Assembly (NCBI GenBank): GCA_964016885.1 | Contig: OZ024740.1 | Location: forward strand, 339,698,001-339,762,000 | Direction of reading: 5' to 3' | Length of the DNA: 64,000 nucleotides | Source: Eledone cirrhosa | Taxonomy: Eukaryota | In this document: piece after piece, positions 38,203 through 48,709 of the stretch | Layout: each line of letters begins with the position of its first letter | Numbering within the stretch: position 1 is the stretch's first letter | Notes under the pieces: generated by a model | The model's database searches: none | What the model was told of the DNA's origin: nothing | What the model saw: only the letters and a program-made list of their open reading frames with translations | Translations under genes and position numbers: made by a program

Positions 38203-38586
38203 ATCACTTCTTCAAGTACCATATATATAGAAAGAGAGAGTGTGTGATGAGAGAGATAGAGTGATTATGATTTTCTACACACTGACGCGTATGAGTGTGC
38301 ACATACATACATCTATATGTATGAGTATATAACTATTATGAGTATATAACTATAATCGCGCAAACAAACTTATAAAAATATACACTCACGGACATAATTC
38401 ACACAAATACACATACATTTACACATACTTTCACACAAGCATACATACATTCACACATATACATTTACACAAACACACACATACAGTCATGATAGCAGCG
38501 TTCGGTGAAATTGGAAATGGGAGGGTAAAACAAGTATAACATTTTATTTATTTATTAACTCATTTTTTTAAACTCATTTAATATAA

Positions 38587-38745
38587 CTAGCAGAAAAAAC
38601 ACCCTTCGAGTGGTTTTCTGCTAGCATGTGTAATGGGTATATTGATATTATACGCATGTATATATACATGTAGATATGATACATCAAATAAAATCGCAAT
38701 TGACAATATACACAGAAATTGAACAAAGACTGTGTTAGACTGTCT
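38587..38745 (-). mobile_element. Helitron-like 3' terminus (non-autonomous)
   Basis: - strand CACTC-GAA-GGGTG hairpin 9 nt before terminal CTAG|T; adjacent sequence duplicated at 39146-39222. Confidence 0.5.
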
Positions 38746-38761
38746 TTTGTAATCATGTCAT

Positions 38762-39097
38762 CATTTCATTTCATTTTACATCCGCTTTTTCCCTGCTTGC
38801 AAGGGTGGGACAGGAACTGATCCTGGCTTGATTTCTACAGCTGGATGCCCTTTCTAAGACCAACCTCATTTACAGTGAGTGCTGGGTGCTTTTTTGCCGT
38901 GGCACCTCCACGACTACTTTGCAGTGGAATGATATGGACTTCAGTCCCTATCATCTCATTTCTACAGTTGAGTAAACTGGAGCAATGTGAAATAAAGTGT
39001 CTTGCTCAAGGAAACAACACATCATCCGGTCTGAGAATTGAACTCACAACCTTTCGATTGCAAGGCCAATGCTCTAACCACTAAGCCATGTGCCTCC
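38762..39097 (-). mobile_element. Family-B CORE-like SINE with RTE tail
   Basis: Near-identical to 11795-12155; head GGCACATGGCTTAGTGGTTAGAGCA...GAGTTCAATTC. Confidence 0.85.
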
Positions 39098-39222
39098 ATT
39101 AGTAACGTAATCCATGATACATTAAAAAAAAGACGATATTATATATCTGCTAGCATGTGTAGTGTGTATATTGATATTATAAGCAAGTATATATGCATGT
39201 AAATATGATCAAATAAAATCGC

Positions 39223-39574
39223 GAAGTCTGGTCCGAAGTGCGCATGCGTGAAGGCTGGTTCAAAGTGCGCATGTGCGAAGGCTGGTCCGAAGTGCGCATG
39301 CGCAAAGGCTGATCCGAAGTGCGCATGCGCAAAGTCTCGTCCGAAGTGCACATACGCAAAGTCTTGTCTGAAGTGCGCATGAGCGAAGTCTCGTCAGAAG
39401 TGCACATGCGCGAAGGCTAGTCCATACTGCACATGCACGAAAGCTAGTCCATACTGCACATGCGCAAAGGCTGGTCCGTACTGCGCATGCACGAAGGCTG
39501 GTACATACTGTGCATGCACGAAAGGCTGGTCTGTACTGCGTATGCGTGAAGGCCGGTCCGTACTGCGCATGCAC
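39223..39574. repeat. 27-bp GC-rich minisatellite, ~13 copies
   Basis: Consensus GAAGGCTGGTCCG(AAG/TAC)TGCGCATGCGC; 9-aa periodicity in overlapping ORFs; no unique spacers. Confidence 0.92.
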
Positions 39575-40159
39575 AAATATATATATATATATAGACTTAC
39601 ATACATACCGCACACAAATCGTCTTCCAATGTTAGTGAAGCTATTATTAATCCTCCCCGGATGAAGTAACTTGCAAATTCTCCGTAATTCTTGAAATGCA
39701 ATTATACATCTAATGGACACACTCTCTAGAATAGATATATTTGTGTGTGTGAGAGAGAGAGAGAGAGAGGTAGATAGACAGGTAGGTTGGCAGGTAGATA
39801 GATAGATCGATAGATAGATACATGGATATATAGGTAGGTAGATAGTAAGATAGACAATTGTGTGGTTATCTGTATATGTGGCTGTGTGTTTGTATGGGAA
39901 GATGTGGAAATAAGGAAAGGATAATTTACTACAGTACCAATGATTCAATCCACAGGTGTATATTCTTTTTACCATTGCATAAGTACATAGACTCACTCAC
40001 ATATGTATATATATATATGTATGTGTGGTAAGTGTTTATATGTATATATATGTATATGTGTATGTGTATCTGTTTGCTTATGTGTATGTGTGCATATGTG
40101 TGTTACTGTATATGTGTGCATATGTGTGTGCGTTTAAGTCCGTGTGTGTGTCTTGTGAT

Positions 40160-40410
40160 TGTAATGTTGAGAGTTTGAATCCCATCAGTGCATTGTGTTC
40201 TTGAGCAAGATACTTTATTTCGCCTTTCTTCTCTCCACTGAAGTAAAAAAAAGTGTACTCTGCCAGTAAGTCGAAGAACCAATGTAGTCCTTCCCTGAAA
40301 CCCTCCATTATACATGTCTATGGAATGCTCAGACACTCTCACCTTAATTTCAGGCAGTTCCATTTGAGAAACCTAGCTGGAAGAATCCTCGTCACAAGCG
40401 ATAGGGTACC
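40160..40410 (+). mobile_element. Degenerate family-B SINE with the alternative (non-RTE) tail
   Basis: GAGTTTGAATCCC, TTGAGCAAGATACTTTATTTC; tail CATGTCTATGGAATGCTCAG similar to the reverse complement of 62800-62900. Confidence 0.55.
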
Positions 40411-40574
40411 ACCATACATATGAAACATAGTCACACACACACGTTTCAAAGAGAATAGAAGAGATCAATAAAATAAGTACTAGATTTTAAAATATATGTA
40501 CTGGAATTGAGGTCAAGAAAATCCTTTAATCGTGGTACCCCAGCATGGGCACAGTCTAACGTCTGAAACAAGTA

Positions 40575-42345
40575 CAGGCCGGAGAATTGTTCTTCCTCCT
40601 TCAATCTATGGTTCCCCTAGCTTCTACAGTGAATGCTTTCAGAATTCGATGACTGTGGTTCGACACATGGGAAAGCCATCTCATTTCATCACGGTAACAA
40701 CTAACCCTAACTGGGATGAAAAAAAAATAATTTGCACCCTGGTGAAGAACCTAGAGACCGTCCTGATATTTGTGCAAGAGTCTTCAAGATCAAGTATGAT
40801 AGCCTCATGGATGACATACTGAAAAAAAATGTCCTAGGAAAAGTTGTGACTCATTCTGCTACAATAGAGTGGCAGAAAACGAGGCCTCACTCATGCTCAT
40901 ATTCTGCTGATAATGGCTGAAGATAGCAAGCCCCAAACTGCTGATGCCATTGATCAGGTAGTGTACTGTCAGATTCCTAATAAAGAGACCAATCCAATTC
41001 TGCATAATATCATCACATCCTGCAACATTCATGGCCCATGTGGACAAGCTAATATGATGTGCTCATGCATGGAAGGGCTAGGACAACAATGCCATTACTC
41101 AAAAAGCTATCCCAAGGCATTCAGACAAACCACATTTGTTGCCGAAAATTCCTTTCCGGAGTATAGAAGAAGGGATAGACAGCATGGTGGTCACACCGAT
41201 ACAAACCAACTTAAAGATCAAGAATTTACTGTTGGTAATCGTTGGATTGTTCCATACAACCCTTTTCTCTCATTGAGATATCAGTGCCTCATCAATTGTG
41301 AGGTTGTCCACAGTGTCAAGGCTGTTAAGTACTTATATAGGTACATCACAAAAGGATCAGACAAGATCACTTTCACTATTAAGGATGATCAAGGAAATTG
41401 TGTCCATGCCCAAAATTAGATTGAGGCCTATATCAATGCATGGTACGTCTCAGCCAGGGAAGCATTCTGGAGAATCTATAAATTTCCATTACATCATCGA
41501 AAACCGGCAGTTGAAAAGTTGCCTTGCCATTTATCTGGGGAACAAATGGTCGTGTATGAGCGAGGGCAGGAAGAAAGTACTGTTTCTAGGGGACAGCCAA
41601 TGACTAAGTTGACAGAATATTTTCAACTGAATATTAGAGACCCACTGGCACAAAACATATTGTATATTGATATTCCTAAATATTTCATTTGGACAAACAA
41701 AAAGTGTCAAAGAAGAAAAAAGGGACATCTGGATGGTGATCAACAATTTATGAGTTAATCTCTTGGATGCATTCCAACAGTATCTCTCAGTAGACATCAA
41801 TCTGAATTATATTACCTCAGGATGATCCTACATCACAAGGCTAGGTCAACTTCATACAAAGATTTGAGGACAATTGAAGGAGTTGAATTTCCAACATTCC
41901 AAGAAGCATGCAGGAAACTTGGTCTGTTAGATGAAGATGGAGAAAAAGACAAAGCTATGGAAGAGGCCTCATCCATTACGCTTGGTCCTCAGCTGTGAGA
42001 GATCTGCACCATTTTATTGTACAGCATGCCAAATGACCCTCTGCAGGTCTGGGAGAAATGGAAGAATTGTCTTGCAGAGGATATCATGCATGAACGTCAT
42101 GAGCAAGTCATGTCCATGCAAAGCGTGCAGATTGTTCTACAGAAGATCCAATAAAGACTTCAACATGATGGCTTGGACATTCATGCCAACTATGGACTTC
42201 CTCGCCCAGACCCAACTATTGTTGCCATACTAAAAATCAATAGGGTTCTTATAGCAGAAACTGATTTCAATACACACCAACTGCAAGCAAACATAAATGA
42301 ACTTCTGCCAACATTGAATCCTGGTTATTTTTCACAAAGTAATCA
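40575..42345 (+). pseudogene. Helitron Rep (HUH endonuclease) region of RepHel, disrupted, helicase absent
   Basis: IVLPPS..GSP, GKP..FITVTTNPNW, DRPDICARVF, IEWQKRGLTHAHILL (HUH), HGPCG, NRWIVPYNP.L, KYLYRYITKG, EAFWRI, YYLRMILHH...FPTFQEACRKLGLL; several frameshifts and stops. Confidence 0.92.
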
Positions 42346-42359
42346 CCTCTGTAAATGAA

Positions 42360-42706
42360 AATGACTATGTCACTTACTTCTTTTCTTCAGCGAAAGAAGG
42401 GAGAGAAGCTAACAAACTGTCAGTTTCACGCTGTTGGTGATCATCAGAGCAACATACTCCCCACTTTCGCCAAAGATTATAGAAGCTGGATTCTTATAGA
42501 ATTCCAGTAATAATCAAGAGCTGATTATACCGAGCGATTGCCGGTTCAGTAAAAATTAGGTATTAGGATTGGTGCTCTGAAATAGCGATGTATACATGAA
42601 TGGTCTTCAAAATTTTTTTAATTAAGCATACGGTATATTGCCAAATATACTATACATTCATGTATACATCGCTATTTCAGAGCACCAATCCTAATACCTA
42701 ATTTTT
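42360..42706. mobile_element. Penelope-like pseudo-LTR relic with decayed canonical-core hammerhead and perfect 52-bp inverted repeat
   Basis: - strand 42450-42408 GCT-CTGATGA-TCACCAACAGCGT-GAAAC-TGACAGTTT-GTT-AGC; arms 42551-42602 / 42655-42706; homologous to 43701-44105. Confidence 0.65.
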
Positions 42707-42989
42707 GTCAGTCATGACACAACAACCTCTTTAGCGCTGGTACCATGAAAAATACACTCAGTAAGGTGATTAATGATAGGAAGGATATCCAGCTATAGAA
42801 ATAGATTAAGAGGACTCTTCAGTTGTATAAAGGGTGTAACTGTCTCTTTAGCGTTGGTGACATAACAGACCACTTTGTAGAGTGAGAATGTGTTTGATTG
42901 AGATTCATCTTCCAAACATTCTGAGAGGTCAGGAGCTCCAATTAAGAATTGACACGGTCTGTGACAACACATTTAACCTTTGCTAATGG

Positions 42990-42999
42990 ACATTAAAGG

Positions 43000-43063
<64 letters not shown>

Positions 43064-43310
43064 GATATATATATGCATATGTGTCGATATATATATATAT
43101 ATATGCATATGTGTCGATATATATATATATGCATATGTGTTGATATATATATATACATATGTGTTGATATATATATATATGCGTATGTGTCGATATATAT
43201 ATATATGCGTATGTGTCGATATATATATATATATGTGTATGTGTCGATATATATATAGACACATACACATACACAGAGAAATAGAGACAGATACATATAT
43301 CTGTATTTTA

Positions 43311-43330
<20 letters not shown>
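42990..43330. repeat. (TA)n with interspersed GTGTCGA units
   Basis: Direct inspection. Confidence 0.92.
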
Positions 43331-43352
<22 letters not shown>

Positions 43353-43444
43353 CGAAGGAAGTGTGGTAAGGAACCAGATGGACCATAACGCACTAAAGTA
43401 CTCAATACTTAGGGTAGTAGAGTGGGTAATAGGAATGAGTAGAA

Positions 43445-43538
43445 CCCCGACGGCTGAGCTCAAGCCGTTTCGACGGCTAATTCTAGACTAAATGAACATT
43501 TTTATCCTGGTACATGAATAGCCAAGCTTCTCAGGGGG
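43445..43538 (-). ncRNA. Type-I hammerhead ribozyme-like motif (position 8 non-canonical, extended stem II)
   Basis: CCCC-CTGAGAA-G.CTT.GGCTA(loop)TAGCC.GT.C-GAAA-CGGCT-TGAGCTC-AGCCG-TC^GGGG; stems I and III fully paired. Confidence 0.6.
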
Positions 43539-43862
43539 TAATTCCATATATGGTAAAAGTGATTGTCACAAGGATTGGTCAAAAGTTTGTTGTTAAGACA
43601 CATAATTCTATCATGGCATTTTGTGGAAGGAATGGGTAGCTGAACTTTCTACTCATTCCTATATATATATATATATGTATATATATATGTATATATATAT
43701 TAGAATTGGTGCTCTGAAATAGCCATATATATATGAATGTATATATAGTGTATTTTGCAATACACTGTATGCTTAATTACAAGCATTTCGAAGACCTTAT
43801 GCTATTGTTTTAGAGTAGTGACAGACTCACTCACTTTAATTTTCAGCAAACAGGGGAGATAA

Positions 43863-43906
43863 AGCTGACAGGCCCTGTTTCGCATTTATTGATGCTTATC
43901 AAAGCC
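43863..43906 (-). ncRNA. Minimal type-I hammerhead ribozyme, U3:A8 variant
   Basis: GGCT-TTGATAA-GCAT-CAATAA-ATGC-GAAA-CAG-GGC-CTG-TC^AGCT; all three stems pair; predicted cut between 43867 and 43866. Confidence 0.7.
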
Positions 43907-43923
43907 AACAGGAGGAGTAGTTG

Positions 43924-43966
43924 GCATTGATAAGCATCAATAAATGCGAAACAGGGCCCTGTCAGT
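43924..43966 (+). ncRNA. Second (inverted) copy of the U3:A8 hammerhead
   Basis: GCA-TTGATAA-GCAT-CAATAA-ATGC-GAAA-CAG-GGCC-CTG-TC^AGT; fully palindromic ACAGGGCCCTGT stem III; A:A mismatch at the first stem I pair. Confidence 0.6.
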
Positions 43967-44092
43967 TTTATCTCCCCTGTTTGCTGAAAATTAAAGTAAG
44001 TGAGTCTATCACTACACTAAAACAATAGCATAAGGTCTTCGAAATGCTTGTAATTAAGCATACAGTGTATTGCAAAATACACTATATATACA

Positions 44093-44129
<37 letters not shown>

Positions 44130-44149
44130 AGAGAGAGAAAGGGGGAGTC

Positions 44150-44671
44150 AAGAGGTAGGCAATGCTATTGACAAAGAACACTCATTTCTGATACACCATA
44201 TATATGCTGAGAAATATGTGACAAAAACGATAAAAACAATAGTAAAATGGGGGTCGGCTTATATTTGATATCAATATTTTACCAATTTTTGCCAGCTTCA
44301 AAATTCTATATAATTGAGGTGCTGAAATATTTTCACTTTGGAGGTAAATAATACACTGATTTCACTTTCGACATGAAATTCATTTTTCAAGTGTTTACAA
44401 TGAAATTGGTAAAAAATCATACATAATGGAGTTCTGAAACAAAAGCTATACTCTAAATGATGCTTAAAACATTTTAAATATAAAAATATTAAAACTTTAT
44501 AAATATATTCTCCACTCTTGAGAATTTCAAAACCACACCATCTAAATATTATGTGCTGATTAACAGCCTTGACTTATATTTGGGGTTTGAATTTTTACCC
44601 ATTTCTCAGACATAAAATAGGGAGGAGAAGCCAGCTTATATTTGGATCAGTTTATATTTGAGTATATACAG
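44150..44671. mobile_element. pogo/Tc2-like DNA transposon end (degenerate)
   Basis: Repeated (G/A)CTTATATTTG subterminal motifs and terminal TTATATTTGAGTATATACAG resembling CCGTATATACTCGA-type TIRs. Confidence 0.4.
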
Positions 44672-44959
44672 AAAATGAAAAAGCATTTTAAAACATTTTT
44701 CCCCACTACTACCACCACCTTTTTTGTCTTATATTTGTGTTCCATAAATTCTACATAAAATTTTCTGTCTATGACATATAAGTATTTGTGTAACAATTGA
44801 CAAAAGAGCATAATGTTAATATAATACAAATTCACATTCGCAAACATATACAGATGGGTATAATGAATTTCGCTGAAAGTGTCACTGACTCCTGTAGAGG
44901 TTTACTGTATTATCATTTTCTCCATCTCTCTTGCTCACCCTCTCTCTCTTGCTCGTCCT

Positions 44960-45250
44960 CTCTCTCTCTCTCCCTCTCTCTCTCAAATATAAATCATTTC
45001 CTGATATTCTCTCTCCCTCCCTCCCTCTATCTCTCTTTCCCTCAAATATAAATAATTTACTCATATTCTCTCTCCCTCTCCCCCTCTTTCCCTCTCTCTC
45101 TCTTTCTCTCATAAATATAAATAATTTCCTATTCTCTCTCTCCCTTTCTTTCCCTCTCTGTCTCTCAAATATAAATAATTTCCTATTCTCTCTCTCAACT
45201 CTCCACCCCCTCTCTCTCTCTCTCTCTCTCATATAAATCATTTCCTGACA
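44960..45250. repeat. ~55-65 bp tandem repeat with (CT)n spacers, ~5 copies
   Basis: CTCAAATATAAAT(A/C)ATTTCCT(G)ATATTCTCTCTC recurring. Confidence 0.85.
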
Positions 45251-47565
45251 TTCAACCGGAGTACAATTGAAAATAACTGAACTGTTGATATCTTCCTGAT
45301 GATATATTCAATGGTGAAGAGTTAAACTCAAAAGGGTGTCTTTTCATTGTGACCACACTTGCTTAGAATAATTTCCAAGACAGGAAACCTCTTATTAATT
45401 AGATTTTAGAAAATGTTGTTGACCTCTTTCATTTATTTTGATCACTGATCAGCAATTGAGAAGTGGTCTACTTTCTGAACACTTGTGTATCATGCAATGA
45501 TTTTGCAGCATTCTTAAATGTCCAAGTTCAATAATAAATCTAAGAATGAAGAGATCCTTGAGTGACTGATCAACCATAAAAATACATCATATGTATTATA
45601 TATATATCTTCATTGGTGTTAGGAAGGGCATCCAACCATAGAAACCAAGCCAAAATCAGTTCTGTGTGGTCAAAACACAGTCTCCCAACCTGATCTCTCA
45701 CAAAGGATAAAGGAACAGCCTGTCCTATCCATGCTAGCATGGAAAGTAGACGTTAAACGATGCTGCTGCTGCATATATGTAATATTGGATATGAATCGAA
45801 GTTGTAGCTACCATATAACAAGTACTAATTGAGTTGTTTGAGGCAATCACAAAGCCTGCAATGGATCAATAAGCTAAAAATTATCGTCCAGAGTAAAACA
45901 CAACAGTTAAAAAGTGTGACACCAAATATATATATATAATGCTGATGATGATGATGATGATGATGAATGCAGTTTCCTATAATATTGCAAAGCTCTGAGG
46001 TTTTGGATTTTTAGTCCTAATCCTCTCATAGAGCTATCATAGAGCTGCATGATCATTATATTATATATAACGATCTCTGTTGATATATATATATATATAC
46101 ATAAGCCATGCTAGCATGGAAAAATGGACATAAAACGGTGATGATGATATATATATATATACGCTTGTAACTCCTTAAAGTTTGCATGCACAAGCTTACA
46201 CAGACATACTCAATGGATTTCCTGATTGCTTTTCAATCATAAGGTCCTCTGTTCTAACCCTGTATTTGTTCCAGTAAAAAGTTACTCCAAAGTTACTCAT
46301 ACATTTAACCCTGTATGTCATTTGTACATACATGCTGAACATTTATGTAATTATATCCTAGAAATAAATTATTAAATATCATTAATGTCAGTGATCAATA
46401 TAAACTATCAGGTTTCTCTTATGCAAACCATACATTTGTCAAAACACAATTTTCCCAGTTTGTATGATTATTCATATAACTAGTAATCCTGGTATATATC
46501 ATCATCTTCGTTTAACGTCCATTTTCCACGCTAGCATGGGTTAGATATATATATATATAGCACACAGTGGGATATAGTAGAGATCCCGACACTGCAAGCA
46601 TGGTTGCAAATTGAACTACTTAACTACACAGCCATGCCAGTACTTATATATTACTCTGGTTGTATAATGTAATTTATTTCAAGATGGATGTCTTAATCAA
46701 GTGCCATCAAAAATTTATGTTTAATCAATTCTTCTTTTTACATATATGCTATGTATAAAGAAATAGATATACTATCTTAATATAAGTCTTGATGTTTTTT
46801 ATTAACAATTAAAAAGTTACATACTTATCTTTGAAATCATTTCCTATGGTTTTATTTGTTTTGGGATTTTTGGGAGGAGGTGGGGTGGTTCTAGTTATTT
46901 CATTAGTAGAAACGCTAAAACACATCTTGATTTGGATAATCAGTGATTGAAAAACCTTTCTAATTACCAAGTATGTTTTATTTTTATCTGTCAGATAAAA
47001 GCAGCTCAGACACGTTTTTTTTCTTCACTCTCCTGAAATTAGCGCCATAAATGTGTTGAATGCAGATAAGAATCTAACATTGCTGCCAATTCACTCGACA
47101 GAATCAAATTGATGAAGAAATGAGTTTAAATGTGTAGTGGGATTATCTAACAAGATCTATAGCTTAGGTAATTTAATGATAAAATATGTTCATATAAGTT
47201 TCTCTGTAATTATGATATTTTTCCTTCCCGTTGGTGTCCAGAGCCATCTTTTGAAGCCTCTGTATTGACTGAATTCTCAGTAGTGTTGCTAATGTAATAT
47301 TTATTATGATGTAAAAGGTAGGAAATGCAAGAAATAATATAAAGCAATTCAATCTTCATAAATACAATGTGGAGTCATTTTAACCATTTCCTTACAAAAT
47401 ATTCTTAATGAGTTTAATGTTCTAACCCTAGACAATATATTAGTAGTACAGTTTTCTATTTTCTAATAAATGCATGCAGATATATGCATAAAAACACACA
47501 AACACATGGATACATATATATATATATGAATGTATATATATGAATATATATATACATATACATAT

Positions 47566-47685
47566 ATGAAGAACTAGCGTCGGAAACGTTAAGGCCCTCT
47601 TCCTGCTATATCAAGCATTAACCTAATATATACCTCCCATATACTGTACCGATTGTGTTGTTATTTCTGTTTACCTTTTACATGT
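47566..47685 (+). mobile_element. Penelope-like pseudo-LTR relic (same family as 238-355)
   Basis: TGA-AGAAC-TAGC-GTCG-GAAA-CGTTAAGG between (TA)n tracts. Confidence 0.45.
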
Positions 47686-47957
47686 ATATATATATATATA
47701 TATATATACATATGTAGTGAATTGAAAAGTTGGTGTTACCTAATGCTCTAATGAAACATGCATATTCGTGATAAGTAATTGTTGTAGCAATTTAATCATT
47801 TAATATTGTATATATATCATAGCTTGTCCCACGGACTGAGTGCTCTGACCCTTTGGATATTTTCTACCAAGTGTTTAGTACAATATATATATGTGTGCAT
47901 GGGTGTGTGTGTGTGTAAAGACATACACACTCTCTCTCTATATATATATATAGAGAG

Positions 47958-48616
47958 AGAGAAACGAAGCCTGCATGCTCCGATGGATGTGTAACAGTAA
48001 TATACGTGAACGACAAAGCATAAAGGAATTGAGAGAGAGACTGAGCATAAGAGGAATCAAATGCTGCGTGCAGGAGAGGTGGTTACGTTGGTATGGACAT
48101 GTGATGCGTATGAAGGATGACAGCTGCATAAAAAGGTGCAGAGCACTAGAAGTTGATGGAAACCGCGGAGTGGGGAGACCCAAGATGACTTGGGATGAGG
48201 TGATAAAAGCCGACCTTACCCAACTACACCTCTCAAAGTCAATGACACACGACCGTGACTTCTGGCGTCACGCAGTAATACAGGGTACCCGACCTCCCAT
48301 GGGTACATGCTGAAGCATATAAACAATATGCCCCCCCCCCCCCCACCGCAAGGTGGTCGTGGAGGTGCCACGGCAAAAAAGCACCCAGCCCACACTGTAA
48401 AGTGGACGTGTAGGCGCCACGAAAAAGCACCCAGCACTCACTGTAAATGAGGTTGGTGTTAGGAAGGGCATCCAGCTGTAGAAATCAAGCCAGATCAGTT
48501 CCTGTATGAGCAAGGCATGGTCAGCCGACCAGACACTGCCCACAACAGGACAACCCATCTAACCCATGCTAGCGTGGAAGAACGGACGTAAAACGGTGAT
48601 GATGATGATGATGATG

Positions 48617-48618
<2 letters not shown>
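47958..48618 (+). mobile_element. 5'-truncated RTE LINE
   Basis: ORF 47975..48313 MLRWMCN...WLRWYGHVMR...GRPKMTWDEVIK; 3' UTR and (GAT)n tail. Confidence 0.9.
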
Positions 48619-48659
<41 letters not shown>

Positions 48660-48709
48660 GAAGTATGCTGTAATAGCAATTCACTTTAACAGTTCTGTCA
48701 TGATAATTG

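Larger units (their letters stand above)
43701..44105. mobile_element. Long fold-back element (inverted pseudo-LTR pair) in (TA)n
   Basis: Arms 43725-43909 / 43920-44105 with about 6 differences and a 10-nt loop; 24-nt extension on the left arm. Confidence 0.9.

Noticed and set aside
39223-39574. CRISPR-like regular repeat
   Set aside because: Units are contiguous with no unique spacers, there are no cas genes, and the context is eukaryotic; it is a minisatellite
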